Source: Thermoplasmata archaeon
Lineage (GTDB): Archaea > Thermoplasmatota > Thermoplasmata > Thermoplasmatales > GCA-001856825
Assembly (NCBI GenBank): GCA_023256475.1
Contig: JAGDXP010000022.1
Coordinates: forward strand, 9,929-73,928
Direction of reading: 5' to 3'
Length of the DNA: 64,000 bases
Shown: piece by piece, positions 38,295-47,431 of the stretch
Layout of the letters: every line of letters begins with the position of its first letter
Numbering within the stretch: position 1 is the first letter of the stretch
Made by a program: the position numbers and the translations under genes
The notes under the pieces: model-generated
What the model saw: the letters and a program-made list of their open reading frames with translations, nothing else
What the model was told of the DNA's origin: nothing
Databases searched by the model: none

Positions 38295-38513
38295 ATGGCA
38301 GAAGATAAGAAATATACCACGGTTTCAATACCAACACCTCTTTTCGAAAAGATTCAGAAAAAAATAGAGGGCACAGGCTTTACTTCGGTCAGCGATTATG
38401 TAACCTTCATCCTAAGGGAAATCTTAGCTCATAGCAATGACCAGGAAGCTTTCACAGAGGAAGATGAAAAGAGGGTCAAGGAGAGACTCAAATCTTTGGG
38501 TTATCTAGACTGA
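38295..38513 (+). CDS. ribbon-helix-helix (CopG-like) DNA-binding protein
   Basis: 72 aa. An N-terminal beta-strand-like YTTVSIP is followed by two helices (LFEKIQKKIEG.. and SVSDYVTFILREIL). Confidence 0.65.
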   Translation: MAEDKKYTTVSIPTPLFEKIQKKIEGTGFTSVSDYVTFILREILAHSNDQEAFTEEDEKRVKERLKSLGYLD

Positions 38514-38522
38514 GATGGTTTT

Positions 38523-39914
38523 ATGAACAAGCTTCTCGTAATTGGATTGGATTGTGCAGCCCCGAGTATAATGTTTGAGAAATTAGCCGATGAATTACCA
38601 AATATAAGCAAGATGAGATCTGAGGGCGTCTGGGGCAAACTTAGGTCATGCGATCCACCAATAACGGTTCCTGCATGGATGGTAATGGCAACTGGCAGAA
38701 CTCCAGGAGAACTGGGGCTTTATGGCTTCAGATCAAGGGAGGGAAATTCATATAATAAAATTAAGATACCAACTTCAAGAGATATAAAATTCGATACCAT
38801 ATGGGACATAATTGGAAAGAGAAACAGGAGAAGCGTGGTGATAGCAGTCCCACCCTCCTATCCGCCCAGGCCCATAACTGGTATACTTGTTACCGACTTT
38901 CTTACTCCTGGAAAGGATAAGGAGTTTACATATCCTCCAGGTTTAAAGAATGAAATACTTTCGAAGTACCCAGATTACGAATTTGACGTTAAATTTAGAA
39001 AGCCAGAAAAGGAGAAGATAATCGATGAAATTCATAAAATGACGGAAACCAGATTTAAGATGGCAATTGATTTCATGAAAAATAAGCCATGGGATCTCTT
39101 CTTCTTTGTGGAGATTGGAATAGATAGGATTCATCATGCATTCTGGAGATACATAGATGAAAAGCATCACCTATATGAGGACAATCCATTGATGAGAGAG
39201 AAATTTGTCAATTATTTCAAAATGGTGGATAAGTACGTTGGAGAAATGGTTGAACAGGTTGACGAGGACACATTGGTGATGATAGTTTCCGACCATGGTG
39301 CAAAGGGTATGAAAGGCGCTTTTGCAATCAACCAATGGTTAATCAAGGAGGGTTATTTGAAATTAAAATCCAACAATATCAAACCAGGATCATCATTGGA
39401 TGATGTTGAAGTGGATTGGGAAAACACAAAGGCATGGGCATGGGGAGGATACTATGCAAGGATTTTCCTTAATATAAAGGGGAGAGAAGAAAAGGGCATT
39501 ATAGATCCAATGGATGTTAGAAAGGAAATTGAAATATTAAAGGAAAAATTGAAATCCATAAAGGGGCCGAATGGAGAGGAATGGGACACCAAGGTATTCG
39601 AGCCAGAAGAAAAATATGACGTTGTGAACGGAGATAGGTCGGATCTATTTGTTTACTTTGATGATCTAAGCTGGAGAGCAGCCGGCACTCTGGGATACGA
39701 AACAATGTATCTCTTGGAGAATGATACTGGTCCAGATGACGCTGTTCATGACTATGATGGAATATACGTACTTTATAGGAAGGGTAAAAAGGTTGGAAAG
39801 ACATTCAACGAGACAATTTACAATGTTATGCCAACCATGCTGGATGTGTTCTCAGTGAGAAAAATAACAGGTCTAAAAGGAAAGGTTATGGAGGGGATGA
39901 GATATGTCAAATGA
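38523..39914 (+). CDS. alkaline-phosphatase-superfamily enzyme, nucleotide pyrophosphatase/phosphodiesterase (NPP) type
   Basis: Metal-site Asp in VIGLDCAAP. Thr-nucleophile region PPITVPAWMVMATGRTPGELG. Also DRIHHAF and IVSDHGAKG. Confidence 0.7.
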   Translation: MNKLLVIGLDCAAPSIMFEKLADELPNISKMRSEGVWGKLRSCDPPITVPAWMVMATGRTPGELGLYGFRSREGNSYNKIKIPTSRDIKFDTIWDIIGKRNRRSVVIAVPPSYPPRPITGILVTDFLTPGKDKEFTYPPGLKNEILSKYPDYEFDVKFRKPEKEKIIDEIHKMTETRFKMAIDFMKNKPWDLFFFVEIGIDRIHHAFWRYIDEKHHLYEDNPLMREKFVNYFKMVDKYVGEMVEQVDEDTLVMIVSDHGAKGMKGAFAINQWLIKEGYLKLKSNNIKPGSSLDDVEVDWENTKAWAWGGYYARIFLNIKGREEKGIIDPMDVRKEIEILKEKLKSIKGPNGEEWDTKVFEPEEKYDVVNGDRSDLFVYFDDLSWRAAGTLGYETMYLLENDTGPDDAVHDYDGIYVLYRKGKKVGKTFNETIYNVMPTMLDVFSVRKITGLKGKVMEGMRYVK

Positions 39915-40473
39915 TAAGGGATTCGTTATCTGGTTCACGGGTTTGCCCGGTTCAGGTAAGACAACTTTGGCTAACGAAATTCAAAAAATCTTGAGAAGCC
40001 ACGGATACAGGGTTGAAATACTAGATGGGGATGAGATAAGAAAGGGATTGTCAAGGGATCTAGGTTTTAGCAAAGAAGATAGGGAAAAGCACAATGAAAG
40101 GGTAATGTTTGTGGCTAAGATTCTGTCAAGAAATGGGGTAATAACTTTGGTTCCTCTCATTTCACCTTACAGGGAAATCAGGGACAGAGCAAGAAATGAA
40201 ATAGAAAATTTCATAGAAGTTTATGTCAGATGTCCACTCGATATCTTAATAAAGAGAGACCCCAAGGGGTTGTATAAGAAAGCTCTAGCAGGAGAAATTA
40301 AAAATCTCACTGGTTTGCAGGATCCATATGAGGAGCCATTGAACCCGGATATAGTGATAGATACTGATAAGCTAACCATAGAGGAAAGCGTTAATAAGAT
40401 ACTGTCCTATCTAAAGTCAAGGAATCTTTTGGATGGAATTAAATTGGAAAAGGAAGAGAAAATAGAAAATTAA
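39904..40473 (+). CDS. cysC: adenylylsulfate (APS) kinase
   Basis: FVIWFTGLPGSGKTTLA, LDGDEIRKGLSRDLGFSKEDR, ISPYREIRDRAR, RDPKGLYKKA. It overlaps the upstream gene by 11 nt. Confidence 0.9.
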   Translation: MSNDKGFVIWFTGLPGSGKTTLANEIQKILRSHGYRVEILDGDEIRKGLSRDLGFSKEDREKHNERVMFVAKILSRNGVITLVPLISPYREIRDRARNEIENFIEVYVRCPLDILIKRDPKGLYKKALAGEIKNLTGLQDPYEEPLNPDIVIDTDKLTIEESVNKILSYLKSRNLLDGIKLEKEEKIEN

Positions 40474-41456
40474 TTTTTTGATGCAGCCTTTTTTATTCTA
40501 TTCATTATGGCATATCCAATTCCAATTTCTTGGAATTTCTCGATTATTCCCACAGAATAGTTAGACTCATCAAGAAATCTAAAGGAGTGGAATAAGTTTC
40601 TAGCTACTTCATATAAATTTTCTCTTGAACCCAAAATAAATTTATTTCCCTCAAATTTTTCAGCAGTTTCCCTGGAGCAGAGTACTAATGAATTTGGATT
40701 TTCATTATATAACTTTAAGATTTCATCCAACCCATCTGCAAGTATAAGCTTTTTATTTGGAGCATAGTGCCTGTATTTCATTCCAGGTGCACGAGGAATA
40801 TTATCCGTTCCACCACTCAGGATGACCTTCATTTTAAATTTTTCTTCTAATTCCTCCGGTGAAAAAGGTCCCGGCCTTAAGATGTAAATTTTATCCTGCA
40901 GAGGTTGGATTACGGTGGACTCTAGACCGAAAAATGTATCCCCTCCATCAATGATCATCGGGATTTTATCTCCCAGGTCAGCTATAACATGACTGGCCTT
41001 GGTGGGGCTCGGTTTTCCTGAGAGGTTTGCACTGGGTGCAGCTATGGGTTTCCCTGAAAGTTCTATTAATTTTAGTGCTATAGGATGCCCTGGCATCCTT
41101 ATGGCAACGGTGTCTAATCCAGCAGTTGGAACATTGCCAATATTTCTTTTCTTTACCACCAGCGTAATAGGTCCAGGCCAGATTTCCTCCATAACTTTTA
41201 GTACCCTCTCGTCATGAAAATCAGTATATTTATAGAACATTTCAAAGCTATTAATATGTACAATCAATGGGTTGTCAGGAGGTCTTCCCTTTGCCTCGAA
41301 TATCTTGAGACAAGCCTTGTCATTGGTAGCATCAGCGCCAAGGCCATATACAGTTTCAGTGGGGAATGCCACAACCTCGCCATTTTTTATTAGTTCAGAA
41401 GCTTCTATCATCTTATTCGGATCTGGATTGATAGGGTCTAATTTAACAATCTTCAT
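40470..41456 (-). CDS. sua5: L-threonylcarbamoyladenylate synthase Sua5/TsaC (YrdC plus Sua5 domains)
   Basis: Motifs PTETVYGLGADA, GRPPDNPLIVH and SANLSGKPSPT. ATG 41456 is preceded by GGTGA; the track ORF starts at GTG 41465. Confidence 0.9.
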   Translation of the reverse strand: MKIVKLDPINPDPNKMIEASELIKNGEVVAFPTETVYGLGADATNDKACLKIFEAKGRPPDNPLIVHINSFEMFYKYTDFHDERVLKVMEEIWPGPITLVVKKRNIGNVPTAGLDTVAIRMPGHPIALKLIELSGKPIAAPSANLSGKPSPTKASHVIADLGDKIPMIIDGGDTFFGLESTVIQPLQDKIYILRPGPFSPEELEEKFKMKVILSGGTDNIPRAPGMKYRHYAPNKKLILADGLDEILKLYNENPNSLVLCSRETAEKFEGNKFILGSRENLYEVARNLFHSFRFLDESNYSVGIIEKFQEIGIGYAIMNRIKKAASKN

Positions 41457-41466
41457 TAATGTCACC

Positions 41467-43062
41467 TTAGAAGTTGCTGATTTTTCTTATTAAAAGGTAA
41501 TAGGATGCCATTATTAAAACCATGTCTATTAGAACGACCCCGATGTAGGAGTCAAGAATTCTTTCTGTAAATATTGGTAGATATCTCGGACCTAGAGCGA
41601 AGAGTAAAGCGTTCAGGACAATGAGCGGTAATGATAGAACCATCACCTTTATAAAGAGAGCTCTGCCGCCAATAGCATCCACAGATATTATGGATGTGCC
41701 CTCTGGTATAGATTTTATTATGAACCCCCCACCAGTGAAGATTATAGTTGAGATTAAAAGTATATAAAATGGGAAAAATAATATCATAGAAATGGAGCTT
41801 GCGCCTTTCATTGAAATGAAAGCTATGAGTATAATGAGATAGTAGACGAATGCAATGATAATGACCTCAAAGAATTTAGAAAAGAAAAAGATCCTTCGGG
41901 TTATCGGGAGTGTGGATAAGTGCCATGCACCCTTACCTTCAAGTGAAACCAATTCTATGAAGCTAATGAGAAATATTGCTGAAATATAAGGTAGCGCTCC
42001 CGTTATCTGAGCTGTACCAGTACCAACACTTGCCAGATTTACTAATATGGGGATTATAAATATGGCAGGAAGAATAATTATAGAAAGGGCGCCTCTTTTC
42101 CTTGCAATACTCTTTAGATCCTTAACCATCAGTGCCATGAGCTGATTTCTTGTTTTGAATTTTCTCGAATAATTTGTATTATTTGCATTTTCCCTTGATG
42201 CTTCAATATAGATTTCAAATTTTTCGGTAAAAGCAATCCTAATTGCATATTGATATACAGCAAAAATTGGAAGAAACTCGATGCCAAATATTGCAAAGGA
42301 TTTTATATAAAACTTAGAGAAGGAATAATAATTGAGAGGGAAGATCGTAAAAAGAAATGAGGGGAATGATATTTTCCCTAACAGAAAGGGGTTCGTTACA
42401 ATTTGTATGGACAATACAAATATGAGGATGAATAGTACCTGCATGATCTGGGATAAATATAGCCTTTTGGTAATCCGGTTGGTGTTGTATTTTGACCATA
42501 ATATACCTAGAATAAGAGATATCAGCCTCGCAGCGTAAATAAACAGGATAGTGTATGCCACCATTATTAATAGGATGTATGGGTTATGTAGACCCAAATA
42601 AAGTATGATTGCGGCTGGCAAACTAATTGCAAAAAGAAAAGACTCATTATAAATGAAGGTGGAAATGGGAATTATTAGTGAATGAACCTTAATGGGTAAT
42701 GCCCTTAACGGTCCTATGAGATTCATTTCCCAAATTCCCCTAAAAAATTGAGAATCGGTCATTATACCAAGAATAAATATTAGAGTAAATATGGATAGCA
42801 GAATATTTCCAACATCTTTATAGTTCCTTAACGCAGTTTCTCCAAATATTGAAGAGAGTACACCATAAATGAGCATGTTCGTTATAATTGGATAGGTGAG
42901 GGTATTCTTCAAATATGCTTTGGCATGTAAAAGCTCATAATTATTGCTGATCTGGAATTTTCTTGTGTTCTTTAGAAATTGGTACTTCAGTTCGGTGTTA
43001 ATTACGGTGGCTATTTTAATAATGGAAGCTATGCGCCCCCATCCTATATTTTTAAGCTTCAT
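41467..43062 (-). CDS. internally duplicated polytopic membrane protein (ABC-2-permease-like halves), function unknown
   Basis: 531 aa in two blocks of about 6 TM. Each block is preceded by an amphipathic basic segment (ELKYQFLKNTRKF; LMVKDLKSIARKRGAL). No ATPase gene is adjacent. Confidence 0.6.
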   Translation of the reverse strand: MKLKNIGWGRIASIIKIATVINTELKYQFLKNTRKFQISNNYELLHAKAYLKNTLTYPIITNMLIYGVLSSIFGETALRNYKDVGNILLSIFTLIFILGIMTDSQFFRGIWEMNLIGPLRALPIKVHSLIIPISTFIYNESFLFAISLPAAIILYLGLHNPYILLIMVAYTILFIYAARLISLILGILWSKYNTNRITKRLYLSQIMQVLFILIFVLSIQIVTNPFLLGKISFPSFLFTIFPLNYYSFSKFYIKSFAIFGIEFLPIFAVYQYAIRIAFTEKFEIYIEASRENANNTNYSRKFKTRNQLMALMVKDLKSIARKRGALSIIILPAIFIIPILVNLASVGTGTAQITGALPYISAIFLISFIELVSLEGKGAWHLSTLPITRRIFFFSKFFEVIIIAFVYYLIILIAFISMKGASSISMILFFPFYILLISTIIFTGGGFIIKSIPEGTSIISVDAIGGRALFIKVMVLSLPLIVLNALLFALGPRYLPIFTERILDSYIGVVLIDMVLIMASYYLLIRKISNF

Positions 43063-43789
43063 CCCTCAGGACCTTTCTTTTCATCCGTGCTTCGTTTATT
43101 ATATCCTTATCTAATACTGCCACTCCTGAGTCTTCAGTGAAATATGGTAATTTGAGAATGGTGTTACCGTCTGGATCTATTACTCTAGATCCTCCCCAAA
43201 ATATTAAATTTCTCTGGAGTCCTGCAGTATTAACATAAATGAAATAGGCTTGTTTTTTAACAGCTATCGAGGGGAAAACATGCTCAAAATAGCTTCTTGA
43301 TGTGAAGGGTGAGGCTGAAATGTTAACAATAATGTCGCTTCCATTTACCAAAGGATCATCGAAAAATAAGTCATAACAAATTTCCACATTAATTTTAAAT
43401 CCGTTCAAATCAAATGTCAGGGGTGTAGTTCCCTCTTTAAAATATCTCTTTTCTTCAAATGGGCCAAAATTGGGAAGGTGCATTTTCTTATAAGAAATCC
43501 AGCCATTTCTCGTTATCACGAAGGCCGAATTATAAAGGAAATTATCGAATTGTGGAGCTCCTAGAATTATTGCCATCTCATCTGTTAATTTTTCTCTTAT
43601 TCTATTCAATTCGTAATCTGTAATGTAGCTAAAATTAAGATTATCTCTTATTAAGTATCCGGAGAAATAAAGTTCAGGAAATATTCCAATGTTAAAACCA
43701 CCCTTCTCTATAGATTCCAAAATTCTGTCAAAATTCTTGGTTCTAACGCCGGGTCTGTATTGAAATAGCTTTACCTTTATTCTGGACAC
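43052..43789 (-). CDS. carbon-nitrogen hydrolase (nitrilase superfamily)
   Basis: Catalytic triad contexts FPELYFSGY (Glu), YKKMHLPNF (Lys) and NVEICYDLFF (Cys). GTG start. Confidence 0.8.
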   Translation of the reverse strand: MSRIKVKLFQYRPGVRTKNFDRILESIEKGGFNIGIFPELYFSGYLIRDNLNFSYITDYELNRIREKLTDEMAIILGAPQFDNFLYNSAFVITRNGWISYKKMHLPNFGPFEEKRYFKEGTTPLTFDLNGFKINVEICYDLFFDDPLVNGSDIIVNISASPFTSRSYFEHVFPSIAVKKQAYFIYVNTAGLQRNLIFWGGSRVIDPDGNTILKLPYFTEDSGVAVLDKDIINEARMKRKVLRDEA

Positions 43790-43841
43790 GTTAAATCATA
43801 AAAAACTTATGAATAAAAATTTCGGATTCCTGTTGATAAAA

Positions 43842-44564
43842 TCATCTTGCAAGATATCCTCCGTCCACAGGTATCTCAGAGCCTGTTATAAAACTGGAGT
43901 CATCGGAGAGTAAAAATTCAATTACTCTCGCAATCTCTTCAGGCCTTGCGATTCTTTGCATTGCATGCCTTGATGCCAATTCCTTATAGAACGCAGATTC
44001 ATCCGGAGAAGACTTAGCTGCTTTCTCAATCAATGGGGTCTCAACGTAGCCAGGCAATATAACATTCGCTCTTATTCCCTTGGTGGCGTAAGTAATCGCC
44101 AGGGATTTGGTGAAGCCAATCAATGAACTTTTTGATGCAGCATATACTTCATTATTGTATGCGCCTACTTTTCCTATAACCGAAGCCACGTTAACTATGC
44201 TTCCTTTTCCATTTTTTAGCATCAGCGGAAGAATAAGGGAGGTTAAGTAAATGGTGCCCAACAGATTGACCTGAATGACTTTATTGATATCATCCTCCTT
44301 TAAATTATATAGAAAATCGCTTCTTTGGGATATGCCAGCATTATTAACAAGTCCATAAACATAGTAACCATCTGATTCGATGGATTTTATGGCGTTTTTC
44401 AAGAACTGGTATTGGGAAATATCCCCTAGAAATTCTGTAATATTCTCGATTCCAGATGGTTTCAAATCAATATTGATCACTCTGTATCCCTTGCTTAGGA
44501 GCATTTTTATCAAACTATAGCCTATCCCGCTTGAACCTCCTGTAACAACTATGGTCTCGTTCAT
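43842..44564 (-). CDS. short-chain dehydrogenase/reductase (SDR)
   Basis: Motifs TGGSSGIG, NNAGI and YAASK. Confidence 0.85.
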   Translation of the reverse strand: MNETIVVTGGSSGIGYSLIKMLLSKGYRVINIDLKPSGIENITEFLGDISQYQFLKNAIKSIESDGYYVYGLVNNAGISQRSDFLYNLKEDDINKVIQVNLLGTIYLTSLILPLMLKNGKGSIVNVASVIGKVGAYNNEVYAASKSSLIGFTKSLAITYATKGIRANVILPGYVETPLIEKAAKSSPDESAFYKELASRHAMQRIARPEEIARVIEFLLSDDSSFITGSEIPVDGGYLAR

Positions 44565-44822
44565 AATTTAAAAAATCGGGTCTTGATTATTAAAATTAGC
44601 GCAATTTCGGCATGATTTCGAATTGATATAATCTGATTTTATGAGAATATTATTCATTTACGTTTGCCTTCCAAAAACAACTATATCTGAACAATTGAAA
44701 ATAGATTTTAAACAAAGGGATAATTCTAGGGTAAAAGCATGGAAATAATAAAATTAATCATCCTTAATACAAGTCAATCTATTAATATTCTCTTGCAATA
44801 TTCTGCTCGAGGTATCTGATCT

Positions 44823-45992
44823 ATGAAGAATGTAGTTATTGTGGGTGGAAATGCTGGAGGGGGGCTGGTTGCCTCAAGGCTCGAAAGATTGCTAAAGGAA
44901 GAGGATGTAAATATAACGGTTCTAGACAAGAATGGAACTGTTGATTTCATGCCTTCCTACACTTATCTCGCATTGGGTGCAAGGACAAAGGATCAGGTTT
45001 CAAAAGATTTTAGTAAAATTGCCTCCAAGAAAATAAAACCCATTAAAGCGGAGGTAACTGATGTAAACGCAGCTGAAAGAAAAGTTAAGACGAATATTGG
45101 CGAATTCAATTATGATATATTGGTGCTATCCCCAGGAGCTGCAATTAATGAAGCCGCCACTCCCGGTATGAACAATGTCGAGCACTTTTGGACATTGGAT
45201 AGAGCAATGAGGATGAAGCAAAATTTGGGAAAATTGAAGAAGGGTAAGATTGTTATCTCCACTGCATCTATGATTTATAGATGTCCTCCAGCTCCTTGGG
45301 AAATGTCAATGTTATTGCATGAATATTTCCTAAACAAGGGGTTGAGGAATGACATTGAGATTACAGTTGCACATCCTGTAGGAAAGCCTTTTGAAATGTT
45401 TGGGCCAAGTATTTCAGATCCATTGACACAGTGGCTGAATGAAATGAACATTAATTACCAGCCTAAATTTACAGTAGCCAAAGTGGATCCTGATAAAAAG
45501 GAAATTGTTTCAACCAATAATGAGACATTGAAATACGATATGGCAATTGTTACACCAGTTCACGAGCCACCTGAATTTGTGAAAAAGAACGACGATCTAA
45601 AATCAAAGGTAGGCTGGGGATCATCAAGGTTAAGGGACTTCAAAAATGAAAAATATGACGACATATATGCAATCGGTGACCTAATTGAGCCAACCCTGGG
45701 TCTAGGTATGGCCGGGGTCTTTGCACACTTCCAAGCAGATACTGCTGCTAGCTTCATAGTTGATGATATAACGGGATCCAATCTTCCGCTACCATACAAT
45801 TCAGTCGCCATTTGCGCTATGGAAGGCGGATCTTACGGCTGGTTTGCCTACTGCGATTTTAAGGATAAGCTGAAAAATCCAACAATTCCGTTCCCAGATT
45901 GCACCCTCACAGGGAGAGGCAGGATATATAAGCTCATGCATGCTGTATATGAGAGGTATTATTTTGCTACAATTTTCAGGGGGAGGATATGA
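44823..45992 (+). CDS. sulfide:quinone oxidoreductase-like FAD-dependent pyridine nucleotide-disulfide oxidoreductase
   Basis: VVIVGGNAGGG dinucleotide fold, YRCPPAPWE, YAIGD. Confidence 0.65.
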   Translation: MKNVVIVGGNAGGGLVASRLERLLKEEDVNITVLDKNGTVDFMPSYTYLALGARTKDQVSKDFSKIASKKIKPIKAEVTDVNAAERKVKTNIGEFNYDILVLSPGAAINEAATPGMNNVEHFWTLDRAMRMKQNLGKLKKGKIVISTASMIYRCPPAPWEMSMLLHEYFLNKGLRNDIEITVAHPVGKPFEMFGPSISDPLTQWLNEMNINYQPKFTVAKVDPDKKEIVSTNNETLKYDMAIVTPVHEPPEFVKKNDDLKSKVGWGSSRLRDFKNEKYDDIYAIGDLIEPTLGLGMAGVFAHFQADTAASFIVDDITGSNLPLPYNSVAICAMEGGSYGWFAYCDFKDKLKNPTIPFPDCTLTGRGRIYKLMHAVYERYYFATIFRGRI

Positions 45993-46484
45993 ATGGCAAA
46001 CATAGATGATGTATATGAAAAATTGGTAAAGATAGAGGAAGAATTGGAAGAAATAAAGCCAACACTTGAAACTGTCAAGAAATTGCAGGAAGCTGGATTA
46101 ATAGGTATGGTTGAAGGATTAGCAGAGGAATTCGATAATCTCTTCAATTATGCAAGCAAGATGGAACTTCTGGATTTATTAACTCTTACTGTAAAAGTTC
46201 TTGAACCCTTGCAGAAGATGATGAAAACAGGAGAACTTCAGAGACTTCTAGATTTGTTGACCAAAGTGGATATTTCGAAATTGATGCCAATTTTGGAGGC
46301 CATGGCAAGTTGCAGCGATAAGGTAGTAGATGTCATGGAAGTATCCTCAAGAAGAAAGAAGAAAATGGGACTCATGGAAATGATGAATACAGTAAGGAGT
46401 CCTGAAATGGCAGCCCTTCTACATATGGGAAAGGAACTCTCGGGCTGCATGATGGAGAATGCCAAAAAGTCAAAAAATAAATAA
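45993..46484 (+). CDS. DUF1641-like helical protein
   Basis: 163 aa, helical and Leu/Glu-rich. The start abuts the stop of the SQR-like gene (TGAATG), the usual genomic position of DUF1641 as I recall it. Confidence 0.5.
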   Translation: MANIDDVYEKLVKIEEELEEIKPTLETVKKLQEAGLIGMVEGLAEEFDNLFNYASKMELLDLLTLTVKVLEPLQKMMKTGELQRLLDLLTKVDISKLMPILEAMASCSDKVVDVMEVSSRRKKKMGLMEMMNTVRSPEMAALLHMGKELSGCMMENAKKSKNK

Positions 46485-46503
46485 TATATTTCATAATTAT
46501 TTT

Positions 46504-47421
46504 TTATACACCCATATCAATTTCCGATACAGATTTTAAAACCAATATGCTATTTTTATGTCCTTTTCTTGCCTGTTCTTTCCAGTGATTCCTCAACCCA
46601 ATTAAAAACGGATTTACAGATTTGGAGAGAACAAGGAAATTATTGTAAAGGTTCCTAAACCCATCTGAGTTTCCCCAATAAATGAATGGGCCTGAATTTT
46701 TCGAAATTATATTTTCATAGAAATCCTTGAACCATCTTGAAAAAACATTGAATTCAACAAGCATGGAATTTCTATCTTCCATGGAAATTCTATAATTTGC
46801 TTTTCCTTTTATTTCCTTATCTAAGAGAAGACCGATTATAGGGCTGGAGTCACTGCAAAATACCTTAGGGGTGAATATCATTCTGTTCTGAAGAATGCCC
46901 ATGACGCTTTTAACTGAGTCATTTGGGCCCATTTTCCAGTTAGTTCTGATGTGCACAAAGCTATCGTTTATGTCATTCTCTTTCAACAGGTCAGAAATAA
47001 TAAAATGATCCAGTAGTTCATAACTCATGTGGGGAAAAGAATCCTTAGTGTTTGAAAATAATGAGTTAATGATATCTGCCCTATTCTTCGGTATATATAT
47101 GAAAAATGTAAGTCTGCCTTCCCTAAGCACACTCAGGGTAGATAATATCGAACCAGGGATTGCCAAGAAATTTGAAAAAATATCATCCAATTTATCTGTG
47201 GGGTAAACTTTCCTATAATATCTGTCACCATCAGATTTCCTGACCCAACTATAAAGATAAAATCTCTTATTCTCTACTACCACATTTGATAATATTATTT
47301 CATCCTCCGCGGGTTCATTAATTATGTAACTCGAGTCGAGGTTAAGTTTCAATAGATGAAACATTTTCAATCCACACGTATATAAAACAAATAAACTAAG
47401 ATTACTGATAAAATTAGGCAC
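46504..47421 (-). CDS. hypothetical protein (no recognisable domain)
   Basis: 305-codon ORF starting (GTG) 10 nt after the stop of the upstream flavoprotein gene. Alternative start ATG 47364 (MFHLLKLNLD). Confidence 0.55.
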   Translation of the reverse strand: MPNFISNLSLFVLYTCGLKMFHLLKLNLDSSYIINEPAEDEIILSNVVVENKRFYLYSWVRKSDGDRYYRKVYPTDKLDDIFSNFLAIPGSILSTLSVLREGRLTFFIYIPKNRADIINSLFSNTKDSFPHMSYELLDHFIISDLLKENDINDSFVHIRTNWKMGPNDSVKSVMGILQNRMIFTPKVFCSDSSPIIGLLLDKEIKGKANYRISMEDRNSMLVEFNVFSRWFKDFYENIISKNSGPFIYWGNSDGFRNLYNNFLVLSKSVNPFLIGLRNHWKEQARKGHKNSILVLKSVSEIDMGV

Positions 47422-47431
47422 ATAAAATTAC

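Noticed and set aside
44600-44625. Fragment resembling the 3' half of tRNA-Val (possible att site of an integrated element ending at the tRNA at 50248)
   Set aside because: The match is short and interrupted by mismatches and an indel (tcggc..gattt..gaa). No integrase or other mobile-element gene lies between the two sites, and the intervening genes look like ordinary metabolism.
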